DNA of 64,000 nucleotides from a virus (Duplodnaviria; Caudoviricetes): IMG/VR virus record IMGVR_UViG_3300028805_000091, positions 20,936 to 84,935 of that record; one strand, 5' to 3'. Shown piece by piece: positions 1 to 9,054 of this stretch (position 1 is its first letter; each line of letters starts with the position of its first letter). The notes under the pieces were generated by a model. It saw only the letters and a program-made list of their open reading frames with translations, ran no database searches and was not told where the DNA came from. The position numbers and the translations under genes were made by a program.

Positions 1-213
1 GGTGCTACTTCACAAGCAGCTAATCCGCAAACTTATTCTCATGATACAGCTTTTGTTGATACAGCTGGGTGTCTTAATTCTGATACACCTGCTGTAAATA
101 ACAATTCAACAAAAGTTGCTACTACAGCATATATTGAGACTAAATTTAAGGTTGTGAGTGCTTTACCTGCATTCCCAGACTCTAATACATACTACTTTAT
201 TCCGGAGAGTTAA
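1..213 (+). CDS. 3' end of a tail-fibre-like protein (partial, runs off window start)
   Basis: Frame 1 is open from base 1 to TAA at 211-213; it encodes STKVATTAYI, the same fibre motif as IATTGWV/IATTQWV in 51561-53153. Confidence 0.6.
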   Translation, partial: GATSQAANPQTYSHDTAFVDTAGCLNSDTPAVNNNSTKVATTAYIETKFKVVSALPAFPDSNTYYFIPES

Positions 214-217
214 ACTA

Positions 218-910
218 ATGACTGTATATAAAGGAAATGTTCAGCAAGGTAATTTGAGTAAAGGAAGTAATACTTTTATTAAAGGGTATAAGGGAAATCA
301 ACTTATATATCAAAGTAGCTTACCTAGTGGAACAAAATTATTTGAATCAAGTACTCCAGGAAACTATAGTATTAATTTAACAGAAAGTAGAAAGTATAGA
401 ATTGTATGTCAAGCAGCCGGAGGCGGTGGAGCCACAATTGGCTATACTAGTTTCTTTACAGATATGTCAGCAGCCGGAGGCGGTGGTGGTTCAGGTTTTG
501 ATTGCATCATATATTTAGATAGTGGTAATTATGCTATTTCAATAGGTTCTGGAGGAACTAGTTATATAAATACAAGGACAGCCGGTTCTGGTGGAACAGG
601 TGGCAATAGTTCATTTGGAAGTGCAATTTGTTATGGTGGGGAAGGCGGAAAAGCTAATTCTGGTTCAGTTTCTGGTACAGGAGGAGCTGGGGGAGCCGCG
701 CCATATATACCTTATTCAATTGAGACGGCCCGAGTTAATGCTGCTGGTCAAGCAGGAGACGGAACAGTAACAGGCTTTGTTTATGGAGGAATGGCAGCAG
801 TATCTGATAATCCAGTTGGAGCAGGTAAAGGTGGGTCAGCTACATCAACGACTAATACATATGCTGCTCAGGCTGGAGCCAATGGATATGTTTCAGTTTT
901 AACTGCTTAA
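218..910 (+). CDS. Glycine-rich tail-fibre tip/receptor-binding-like protein
   Basis: ATG at 218 just after the upstream stop (the ORF track starts at 158 on GTG); repeated GGGG/GxGG motifs typical of phage Gly-rich fibre domains. Confidence 0.6.
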   Translation: MTVYKGNVQQGNLSKGSNTFIKGYKGNQLIYQSSLPSGTKLFESSTPGNYSINLTESRKYRIVCQAAGGGGATIGYTSFFTDMSAAGGGGGSGFDCIIYLDSGNYAISIGSGGTSYINTRTAGSGGTGGNSSFGSAICYGGEGGKANSGSVSGTGGAGGAAPYIPYSIETARVNAAGQAGDGTVTGFVYGGMAAVSDNPVGAGKGGSATSTTNTYAAQAGANGYVSVLTA

Positions 911-929
911 TATAAATGGGAAATTAGAA

Positions 930-1370
930 ATGACAGAAGAATTTAACTATGGTGATATTATAGAGTATATTGACTCTACTCGTGATTTATATTTTGAGGC
1001 TGCTCATAAATGGGCGCGTACTCATAATGCTACTTTTGAAGAGTTAATTGATAGGCGTGAAGAAAAAGACGGTAAACTTTATCGTTATTGGCAAATTTTA
1101 AAACGTCCAGAACCAGAGCCTTATGTTCCTACTCCAGAAGAAGAAGCTGAGAGAAAGAGACAAGAACGAATTTATAAATTACGTCAATCTTTAGAAGAAA
1201 CAGATTATGTTGCCCTTAAGTTAACTGAAGTTATTGCTGAGAAAGATGAAGAAGCTTTAACCCAAATGCTAGAAGAATATGCTGATGTACTTGCTAACAG
1301 AAAAGCATGGAGAGAAGAACTTAGCAAATTATTAATTAACGAATCTGGCTCAGACGAAGACGGAGAATAA
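930..1370 (+). CDS. Tail-fibre assembly/chaperone-like protein (XkdW-like)
   Basis: Follows fibre genes; paralog of 53165-53491 (RI..L.Q.L...DY...K and RKAWREE shared). Confidence 0.55.
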   Translation: MTEEFNYGDIIEYIDSTRDLYFEAAHKWARTHNATFEELIDRREEKDGKLYRYWQILKRPEPEPYVPTPEEEAERKRQERIYKLRQSLEETDYVALKLTEVIAEKDEEALTQMLEEYADVLANRKAWREELSKLLINESGSDEDGE

Positions 1371-1426
1371 AATCACAATTTAAAATGCCTGCTTAAATTT
1401 ACAAAATTCTTTTGAAATCGAAGACT

Positions 1427-1467
1427 TACCTTTCCTGAAAATCATAGTTTAATAGGAAAGGTATTTT
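1427..1467 (+). terminator. Intrinsic terminator
   Basis: TACCTTTCCT / AGGAAAGGTA stem followed by TTTT. Confidence 0.6.
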
Positions 1468-1637
1468 AATATAAGTCTTTCATATACCAAGTGGTACAAA
1501 ACTATTGGAAATTTTTACTTGTTAAATACCACATAAATAGTTTAACACTACTTAGCTATATAATACCAGAAAATGGTTATAGTGAATCTTAGGTTCTAAT
1601 TATATGTTTATATTAAAACTTTTTATGGAGTTGTGAC

Positions 1638-2207
1638 ATGGGTTTAATATTTCGTATTATAGCAGGAGCTATAGGCGGATTATGGCGTAGATTCTTTGGT
1701 GGATATGATTCAAAGTATGATACATTAGAGAAACGAGGTATTCAGATGATATTCTGTATCATCACAGTCTTTTTATGGGAATTTTTTGTTAAGCATATGT
1801 CATGGTACTTTGCTTTAGCTACCGCTATATTTTTCTATATTTTCTGGTGTAAAGGTCACTTCTATTATTTTCAATGTGGGACCGAATCAGATGAATATAT
1901 AGACCAAGAAGAAGCTAAAGGACGTAAACCAGCTATGAACTGGATTGTAGTTCCCGTTAACAAATGGTTAGGATTTGCTCCACGCTCTAAACAATATTGC
2001 TTTGTTGGTATGCTTTTACGTTATGGACTATGGTCTTTACCTGTTGCTGCTTTGACTGGATGGGAATTTGTTATTTGCGGTCTTGCTATTCCGTTTATCT
2101 ACAATGCATGCTTCTGGATTGAATTACCTCCATCTAAGTTTGCTAAATCACCTACAAATTATGCAGAAATTTTTAGCGGAATATTGGCATATTACTTTAT
2201 ATTCTAG
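1638..2207 (+). CDS. Multi-pass membrane protein of unknown function
   Basis: 189 aa with several hydrophobic/aromatic segments; GGAG RBS; GTTCTA motif at 1593-1598. Confidence 0.6.
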   Translation: MGLIFRIIAGAIGGLWRRFFGGYDSKYDTLEKRGIQMIFCIITVFLWEFFVKHMSWYFALATAIFFYIFWCKGHFYYFQCGTESDEYIDQEEAKGRKPAMNWIVVPVNKWLGFAPRSKQYCFVGMLLRYGLWSLPVAALTGWEFVICGLAIPFIYNACFWIELPPSKFAKSPTNYAEIFSGILAYYFIF

Positions 2208-2209
2208 GC

Positions 2210-3145
2210 TTAGTCTACTAAATCGTCTTCATATAGAGCCTGTATGTCACAAAGCATACAGGCTTTTGAATTACTATAGCATTGATATAGTTTAGAATGT
2301 CCACAAGATAAAAATTCAGATCTTTCTTCTAAAAGTTTTGGCTGGTCTGATACGTCATTAAAATATTTTGAAAACGGTGAATAACCATTATATTTATATG
2401 TCCCAGAATTCATTGTAGATAATATAAAGCTTCTGAATACATCATAATTAACTTCTTTTAAATAAGCTAAAAATTCAAATAAATCTTCTCTTTTAAAGTT
2501 AAAGTCCGATAATGGTGGTAAATTCTTATTAATGGGATGAGGATAAAGAAATTGTAAATTATTACCTGGTATATTTTTATTTATAAAATCATTTACTTCA
2601 AATTTACCTTCTTTCCACATATCTATAACATATTGAGTCAATATCATTTGAACTCCAACTCTATAATCATATCTATCGTGGAATTCTCGGATTGTTTTAA
2701 GGACCGTAGAAGCATCCTTTTCATTTTTGAAGCGATATTTAAGATCATAGGAAAAATTCATGTCTACGAGCTTTATAGACGATTTATTGACTATTCTATC
2801 TACAACTTCATATAAAAAGGTAGGATTATATATTCCATTTGTAACAGTTGAATACCTTCTATTTAGATTTTGTGATACTTTTAATATTTTTTCTATGATA
2901 TCGTCAACTAATTGTAAATAAGCTTCTTGTATTTCTCTATCTGTAATAAAGTATATTTCACCACCAAGTAATGAAATACCAGCCGAAAATTTATCTTTCC
3001 AGTCTATATAATCTATATTTTTTCTAATAGCCTCTATAGACTGTAATTGTCTTTGCTTATTTAATATATCTTTATCTTTTATTAAACAAAATTTACAAGC
3101 ATTACTACAATTAGCCCATAAAGAATATTGTACCATATTAGACAT
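2210..3145 (-). CDS. Radical SAM protein (paralog 1)
   Basis: N-terminal CSNACKFC (CxxxCxxC), LLGGE, STVTNG, C-terminal CGHSKLYQCYSNSKACMLCD. Confidence 0.85.
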   Translation of the reverse strand: MSNMVQYSLWANCSNACKFCLIKDKDILNKQRQLQSIEAIRKNIDYIDWKDKFSAGISLLGGEIYFITDREIQEAYLQLVDDIIEKILKVSQNLNRRYSTVTNGIYNPTFLYEVVDRIVNKSSIKLVDMNFSYDLKYRFKNEKDASTVLKTIREFHDRYDYRVGVQMILTQYVIDMWKEGKFEVNDFINKNIPGNNLQFLYPHPINKNLPPLSDFNFKREDLFEFLAYLKEVNYDVFRSFILSTMNSGTYKYNGYSPFSKYFNDVSDQPKLLEERSEFLSCGHSKLYQCYSNSKACMLCDIQALYEDDLVD

Positions 3146-4052
3146 CTAATTCTGCCTTAAATTTAGCTATATCATCCCACATTTTAATTTCTGAATCAAC
3201 ATATCCAGATTTATCATATAAACCAAAAGGTAATAATGTCTTATAATTTTTATTAGTAATTCTATATATAGTATTTATATAGATTAAATACATAGTATCA
3301 GCTTTTGTTTTACAATCAAATAATCTATTTATATCTATTACTTTATCTTCTATTACCGTTTTATTTAAAAATTTTAAAAAATCTTCTCTTTTAGGTAAAA
3401 AATTAGGTACTAATTGATTAAATTCTTTTTTATCTCTATAATCATATCCGATATGAGGAATATTATAATCAACAGAAGTATTATATTTTGTAACAAAGTC
3501 TCTTATATCAAAATTTCCACTTAAAACATTTTCTATAAAATTCTGAGTTAATACAATTTGAGTATGCATAGTTAACATAGGATATTGAGCATGCAATCCT
3601 AAAACATTCATTTCCCATAAATGCTTTTCTTTATTTGTCTTAAATCTACCTTCTATATCATATGATGTATTAATACTTAATCTTCTTAAAACTTTAGCAT
3701 CTATAAATTTCTGGATAAAATAATTAAATTCAGTATTTAAATCAAAAATAAGAGATGTAGCAATATAAAATTTATATATTTTATCTTGTTTCATTCTATT
3801 TATGATTATATCAATAGCCTCATAAAACTTATCTCTTACTTCTTTTGTATCTAACTGACCACCAAAGAATTCACCACCAATAAATCCTATTTCATCATAT
3901 TCTTCAACTTCATCACTATTCAAAACAAATAGTACTTTATCTAAAACAGTTAATTTTTGTTCTGTATTAGATAATGGTTGATATTTATTAAAACAAAATT
4001 TACATCCAACATGACAATTCTTCCATAATTCAAATTGTAAAAACTTAGTCAT
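3138..4052 (-). CDS. Radical SAM protein (paralog 2, C-terminal Cys motif lost)
   Basis: CHVGCKFC, FIGGEFF, SYD..GRF; the tail reads GYVDSEIKMWDD where the paralogs have CY.DS..C..CD. Confidence 0.8.
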   Translation of the reverse strand: MTKFLQFELWKNCHVGCKFCFNKYQPLSNTEQKLTVLDKVLFVLNSDEVEEYDEIGFIGGEFFGGQLDTKEVRDKFYEAIDIIINRMKQDKIYKFYIATSLIFDLNTEFNYFIQKFIDAKVLRRLSINTSYDIEGRFKTNKEKHLWEMNVLGLHAQYPMLTMHTQIVLTQNFIENVLSGNFDIRDFVTKYNTSVDYNIPHIGYDYRDKKEFNQLVPNFLPKREDFLKFLNKTVIEDKVIDINRLFDCKTKADTMYLIYINTIYRITNKNYKTLLPFGLYDKSGYVDSEIKMWDDIAKFKAELDV

Positions 4053-5038
4053 TATTCATCCTCCATTTCTTCTAAAACAGAATCTAAAAATTTAATTCCC
4101 TTTATAAGTAAATCTGGTCTTTGTAAAAAAGTTGGTGCTCTGAATCTAATTATTCTATTATCATCTAATTCTATTTCACAAGTTTTTAGATTATTTCTTA
4201 CATCTGGTGTTAACTTACCATCTATATCAGTAATATGAAAGAAATAAGGAGCGCAATTTTGTTCATCATCTGTTTTAAAACCCTCTTTATTTATTAAATC
4301 TGAATAATAATGATTCATAACAGTCCTAAACATAAATAACTTCTCTCTACGCTTTAATATTTCTTGAAGCATATCATAATAAGTCATTCCCCAATTATAT
4401 ATTTTGTCTCCAAAAATCTTATTGTCCCCAATAGTTATTAAAATACCCATATTAAATCTTCTTACGATAGCATGAGCTGTACCTATTACATAATCAAATA
4501 TAGAATAATCCCGTGGTAAAAGAAACATCTCTTGTACATTATCTATTACTATTTTACATTCTATATTATTTTTAATACAAAATTCTTTAATTTGTCTAAA
4601 AAAATCTTGTGGTGTGCTAAAACTATTTCTAGCGTGGGTACCTATAATATAAACAAATATTTTCTTATATTTTAAAATTTCATCAAAAGCTGCTTTAGCA
4701 TTATTCTTTTTTAAATCAGGTTCTTGATATAAAAACACATTATCACATAAATCTAAATTTATATTAACGGACGGATGTTCAATATGAGAAGATACAACTA
4801 ATGTATTTTCATCAACATATTCTTCAAAAAGTCTAGAAATAAAAGTTGTAGCGGAATCAGAAAAACGAAGTTGTGCATTTTTCAATGTTAAATTACAGCA
4901 AGGCATTAAATCAAAATATTTTTCCGCCAGTGTATCAAAATATAATTCATCTATAACTGGTTTATTCTTATTAGTATTATTTAAATATTCTAATGTCTTT
5001 TCATCGATAGGATCTTGATTTATCCACCAATCTATCAT
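4052..5038 (-). CDS. Fold-type I PLP / cysteine-desulfurase-like protein, apparently lacking the Schiff-base lysine
   Basis: FSDSATT, VVSSHIEHPSV, IDNVQ and GTAHA align by eye with IscS/NifS FTSGATE, ITS.IEH.AV, DAAQ and SGHK; ATG at 5038 follows the upstream stop. Confidence 0.65.
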   Translation of the reverse strand: MIDWWINQDPIDEKTLEYLNNTNKNKPVIDELYFDTLAEKYFDLMPCCNLTLKNAQLRFSDSATTFISRLFEEYVDENTLVVSSHIEHPSVNINLDLCDNVFLYQEPDLKKNNAKAAFDEILKYKKIFVYIIGTHARNSFSTPQDFFRQIKEFCIKNNIECKIVIDNVQEMFLLPRDYSIFDYVIGTAHAIVRRFNMGILITIGDNKIFGDKIYNWGMTYYDMLQEILKRREKLFMFRTVMNHYYSDLINKEGFKTDDEQNCAPYFFHITDIDGKLTPDVRNNLKTCEIELDDNRIIRFRAPTFLQRPDLLIKGIKFLDSVLEEMEDE

Positions 5039-5042
5039 ATCT

Positions 5043-5978
5043 CTATTCTTCATCTTCAAATTCCTTTACTAATCTATTAATATCACATAACATACAATCA
5101 TTACTATCTGCATAATGACTGAACCATTCTAAATGTCCACAAGGCATACATTTACCTTCTTCTCTATCATCTTGTCTGTCATGATATATTCTTAATGAAT
5201 CTCCCCCTAAATTTTCATATAAGCATTCAGCTCTATATTCACGATTAAACAAAATATCTAGCTTTTTATTTTTAATAATCCAAATAACAAAATTTAAAAA
5301 ATCATTACGCTTAGGAAAAAATGTAGTCAATCCAGTCCTTTTTATAAAGCTATTCATATCTTTATCAAGGGAACCTATATCTGGAGCTTTAAAATATATA
5401 CTTGTCTTATAAGTCTGCTCAAAATTATCAAAAAATTCATTATTTTTATTCCATTCATCAAGTAAATCTTGTGTTAATACAAAAGTTGTATTTATTTTTA
5501 TATTTTGATAATTTTTATGTATATAATCTATATTATTTACCCAGTTAGCTTTTAATTGTTCTGTATGAAATCTTCCTTTTAAATCATAAGATGTACAAAT
5601 CCATACATTATCAAAAGCATTTAATATATTTAATGTATTTTTTAATTCTTCACAAATCGGTTTAGTAAGAGTAGTAGTAATCCAAAAATGGTCTATTTTA
5701 TTACTTCGATAAAGGCTTTCTACACATCTTATAATTTCAATAAACTTTTCTTTTAATTTTAATGTATCTAATTGTCCTTGAAAAAATTCACCACCAATTA
5801 AACCTAATGAATCATATTTAGTCCAAGTATTTTCATCTTTTATAATTTTTAATGTATTTTCTATAGCTTTTAACTTATATTCTTCTGGTAATTTAAAATT
5901 TTCTTCACCAATATAACAAAACTTACAATGCAAATCACATTGTCTCCACAATTCAAGCTGTAACATTTTGTTATTCAT
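5043..5978 (-). CDS. Radical SAM protein (paralog 3)
   Basis: CDLHCKFC, LIGGEFF, SYDLKGRF, C-terminal CGHLEWFSHYADSNDCMLCD. Confidence 0.85.
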   Translation of the reverse strand: MNNKMLQLELWRQCDLHCKFCYIGEENFKLPEEYKLKAIENTLKIIKDENTWTKYDSLGLIGGEFFQGQLDTLKLKEKFIEIIRCVESLYRSNKIDHFWITTTLTKPICEELKNTLNILNAFDNVWICTSYDLKGRFHTEQLKANWVNNIDYIHKNYQNIKINTTFVLTQDLLDEWNKNNEFFDNFEQTYKTSIYFKAPDIGSLDKDMNSFIKRTGLTTFFPKRNDFLNFVIWIIKNKKLDILFNREYRAECLYENLGGDSLRIYHDRQDDREEGKCMPCGHLEWFSHYADSNDCMLCDINRLVKEFEDEE

Positions 5979-6873
5979 CTAATATTTTCCTATGTTTTAA
6001 TATATCACATATAATACATTCTTTACTATCAGCATAACATTCTCTATATAATTTATCATGTCCACATGATGCTATTTCATCTTGTATTTCTTCTATATAT
6101 AAAGAATTAAGTCTACTTGTAACCTCTTCAGTAGGTAAAGTATGTATTTCACAAGCTCTTTTTTCTAAATTAAATAAGTTATTATATAGAATAGGATTTA
6201 CTACCTTTAATTTGTCTAAAAATTTGAAAAAATTTACTCTTGTTGGAAAAAAATCCTTTAAATTTTCATTAGAATGACTATAAGACCCAGAAGGACGTAT
6301 TAAATCAATATCATAATACATTATTTTATCAATAACTTCTTTTTTATTTTCTAAAAATGCTTTTATTAAGGCTTCTGTTAAAATAGTTTCATAATGTAGC
6401 TCACAGTTATAAGCCATTACTAAATCTACATTATTTTGCCATATTTTTTTATTAACTTCATTAAATCTACCTACATAATCCCAAGATGTATTAATAGAAA
6501 AACAGTTCATTAATCTATTTTCTCTAAATAATTCTAAAATATCTTGCAAAATATAGTTTTTATTCAATAAAGCTGTTACCAAATAAAATTTTTTAAGCTT
6601 TTTATCTTTAATAAGTTGAATTATCTTTTCTATAAGTTGTAAAAAAGCATTTTTTATATCACCTATAATGTCCTCTGTTAATAATTCACCACCAATTAAA
6701 GTCATTTCATCAAAATCAGACCAATTTATTGTATCTAATCGTCTAATAGCTTTATTTATAAGCTCAACTTTATTTAATTTAAATGATTTAAATTCTCTGA
6801 TAGCACAGAAAGAACAACTATTTGGACAATCTAACCATAATTCAAACTGTAATATCTTCATATTAAACCTCAA
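5971..6873 (-). CDS. Radical SAM protein (paralog 4)
   Basis: CPNSCSFC, LIGGE, SWD..GRF, C-terminal CGHDKLYRECYADSKECIICD. Confidence 0.85.
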   Translation of the reverse strand: MRFNMKILQFELWLDCPNSCSFCAIREFKSFKLNKVELINKAIRRLDTINWSDFDEMTLIGGELLTEDIIGDIKNAFLQLIEKIIQLIKDKKLKKFYLVTALLNKNYILQDILELFRENRLMNCFSINTSWDYVGRFNEVNKKIWQNNVDLVMAYNCELHYETILTEALIKAFLENKKEVIDKIMYYDIDLIRPSGSYSHSNENLKDFFPTRVNFFKFLDKLKVVNPILYNNLFNLEKRACEIHTLPTEEVTSRLNSLYIEEIQDEIASCGHDKLYRECYADSKECIICDILKHRKILDE

Positions 6874-7775
6874 TAAAAATTTAAAAGGTCACATAACATA
6901 CATTTATCTGAATCTGAATAACACTGATATAACTTTGAATGTCCACAACTATTATTCTTATGTTCTTTGTCTGAAGATAATCTTGGTTTTTGTTTAATAT
7001 TATTTGAATTAGTCTCTAATAAACCTGTATATTTAAATCTAGATGAATTTATTACCGATGAAACAAATGCTTCAAAGTTTCTTGAATAATTTTCTCGTAA
7101 AAATTTACAAACTTCTAATAATGACTCTCTTTTAAAATTAAAATCATTTAATTTAATTCCAGTAGCAATAGGATGCGGATAAAGAAATGCTAAAACATTA
7201 CCTGGTACAACGCTATTTTCAAATTCTTCTATTTTAAATATACCATTTAATATCATATCAATTAAATACTGTGTTAATATCATTTGTACATTAACTACAT
7301 AATCATATTTAACATGAAAAGCATTTATATTATCTATTACTCTTTGAGCATCAGATTGTGTTTTAAAACGATATTTAAGATCATATGAAAAATTTATATC
7401 TATTCTACTCTTATCTATACCTTTTTCTAAAAATCTATCAATTACTTTATATAAAAAAGTAGGATCATATAATCCATTTGTAACAGTAGAATATACAGTA
7501 TATTCATTAGGTAACATTACTTTATCTATAATGTCATCTATGAGTAATATAAATTCATCTTGAAGATTTTTGTCTGTAATAAAATAAACTTCACCACCAA
7601 GTAATGAAATTCCATCTTTAAATTTATCTTGCCAATCTACATAATTGAGATTAGCTCTAATATTTCTTATACGTTTTATTTGCTTATTTAATGAAATAGG
7701 AATTCGTTCTGTACGTAAACAGAATTGACAAGCATTACAACAATTAGGCCAAATGCCATATTGTACCATAGACAT
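6870..7775 (-). CDS. Radical SAM protein (paralog 5, closest to paralog 1)
   Basis: CCNACQFC, LLGGE, STVTNG, FLYPHPI, C-terminal CGHSKLYQCYSDSDKCMLCD. Confidence 0.85.
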   Translation of the reverse strand: MSMVQYGIWPNCCNACQFCLRTERIPISLNKQIKRIRNIRANLNYVDWQDKFKDGISLLGGEVYFITDKNLQDEFILLIDDIIDKVMLPNEYTVYSTVTNGLYDPTFLYKVIDRFLEKGIDKSRIDINFSYDLKYRFKTQSDAQRVIDNINAFHVKYDYVVNVQMILTQYLIDMILNGIFKIEEFENSVVPGNVLAFLYPHPIATGIKLNDFNFKRESLLEVCKFLRENYSRNFEAFVSSVINSSRFKYTGLLETNSNNIKQKPRLSSDKEHKNNSCGHSKLYQCYSDSDKCMLCDLLNFY

Positions 7776-7803
7776 GCTTAATTTCCCCCTTTCAGCAAAT
7801 AAT

Positions 7804-8526
7804 TTAATCTAATTTCATATAGCCTATAAACATACTAGAGCTACTAGAAGAACTACTCGAACACGAAGATGAAGATGAACAACATGAAGATGAAGAACTA
7901 CTAGAATAAGCTGTCATTGTATAAACAATTTGATGTGTTTTAGCTGTATCATTTATAATTTTTTCTAAGTCTTTTAAAAACTCTTTTACATCAGCTGAAG
8001 AAATTAATTCGCCTTCAGGAGGTGTTGTTACAGGTTGATAATCACATACACTTTTATACATTCTGAGTTTTTTTGTTTCTGGAGTTAAAGTGTCAGTAGG
8101 ACTAGCTACTCCCCATTTTTGTCCTGTTACAAATAAGATATTACTAGTACAAAAGGCTGCTACATTATTCCAAAAATTAATTACACCTCTTGTAGTAATT
8201 GGTTTATCAGACTTAGTATCGATACTTCTAGCTTGCATAAAACTATTAAAATCACTAGTAACTTTACTTACACTCACAACTGGAACAACAGTACTACTTA
8301 CAATACTAGCTTTAACTCCACAAGCAGCACTAGTAGCACTACCACTTGGATTAAAAGCATTAACAGTAGATTTAACTACATCTTTATTTGTCCAGCTACT
8401 TTTAAAATATGCTGGAACACTACTACTATAATCACTACCAATATTAGTACAACTAGTTTTTAACCAATTGAGAAAGGTTGAAGTTAATTCACTATATGTT
8501 ATAATGTTATTAGGATTGATCGCCAT
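7804..8526 (-). CDS. Protein with C-terminal Ser/Cys tract; putative radical-SAM substrate (RiPP-like precursor)
   Basis: Ends Y-S7-CC-S5-C-S9-MFIGYMKLD; the tract uses mixed Ser codons; sits directly upstream of five rSAM genes; ATG at 8526 (MAINPN) preferred over the track start at 8547. Confidence 0.7.
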   Translation of the reverse strand: MAINPNNIITYSELTSTFLNWLKTSCTNIGSDYSSSVPAYFKSSWTNKDVVKSTVNAFNPSGSATSAACGVKASIVSSTVVPVVSVSKVTSDFNSFMQARSIDTKSDKPITTRGVINFWNNVAAFCTSNILFVTGQKWGVASPTDTLTPETKKLRMYKSVCDYQPVTTPPEGELISSADVKEFLKDLEKIINDTAKTHQIVYTMTAYSSSSSSSCCSSSSSCSSSSSSSSSMFIGYMKLD

Positions 8527-9004
8527 GACTAATATTATCCTCTTCAAGTAATCTTATGTACATATCAAATTGCCTACAAAAAGAATATACTATTTCATAA
8601 TTATCTGCATATAAAACTTCTTGTCCACAAGGTGTATATTTCTTAAAAAGCTTTCCGATAGTTTGAAAATCTAATAAGAAAAGTACCTTTTTATATCTAT
8701 CAAAAATAGTCTTAGTTACTTTTTCATCATGTGTTGTACAATGCATAAAACATGATAAATAAATACCTAAAAGGTTATTAACATAATTATCCAATTCTTT
8801 TTTAATAGCATCTTTTATGTCTATAAATTCCATGGTAGAATTAAACATTACAGATTCATTACTAAAAAAATCATCAGTAAAACTATTATTACCCTTTATT
8901 AAAAGAAAAACATTTAATGCTATTATTGTGTCAACTTCTTCTTCGTTATTAAAAAAGTCTAAAAATAACTTTATTTTTTCTTCTTTTGTAAGCTCTTTAT
9001 ACAT
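8510..9004 (-). CDS. Hypothetical protein, first gene of the rSAM operon
   Basis: 164 aa; AAGGAG RBS; overlaps the start of the Ser/Cys-tract gene. Confidence 0.7.
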   Translation of the reverse strand: MYKELTKEEKIKLFLDFFNNEEEVDTIIALNVFLLIKGNNSFTDDFFSNESVMFNSTMEFIDIKDAIKKELDNYVNNLLGIYLSCFMHCTTHDEKVTKTIFDRYKKVLFLLDFQTIGKLFKKYTPCGQEVLYADNYEIVYSFCRQFDMYIRLLEEDNISHGDQS

Positions 9005-9033
9005 TTTTTAATTCTCCTTTCTACCTTATAGTA

Positions 9034-9039
9034 TAGAAC
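9034..9039 (-). promoter_or_regulatory. GTTCTA late-promoter-like motif heading the rSAM operon
   Basis: TAGAAC on the + strand about 30 nt upstream of the 9004 start; the same motif precedes many structural genes. Confidence 0.55.
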
Positions 9040-9054
9040 TTTTATATAAATGTG

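Noticed and set aside
7820-7900. Microsatellite or contingency locus (GAAGAT-like repeats on the + strand)
   Set aside because: The repeat is imperfect and explained by mixed serine codons on the minus strand.
8090-8463. Plus-strand ORFs 8090-8431 and 8233-8463 inside the precursor gene
   Set aside because: Antisense shadows of a Ser/Thr/Val-rich gene; no RBS, and composition mirrors codon bias.
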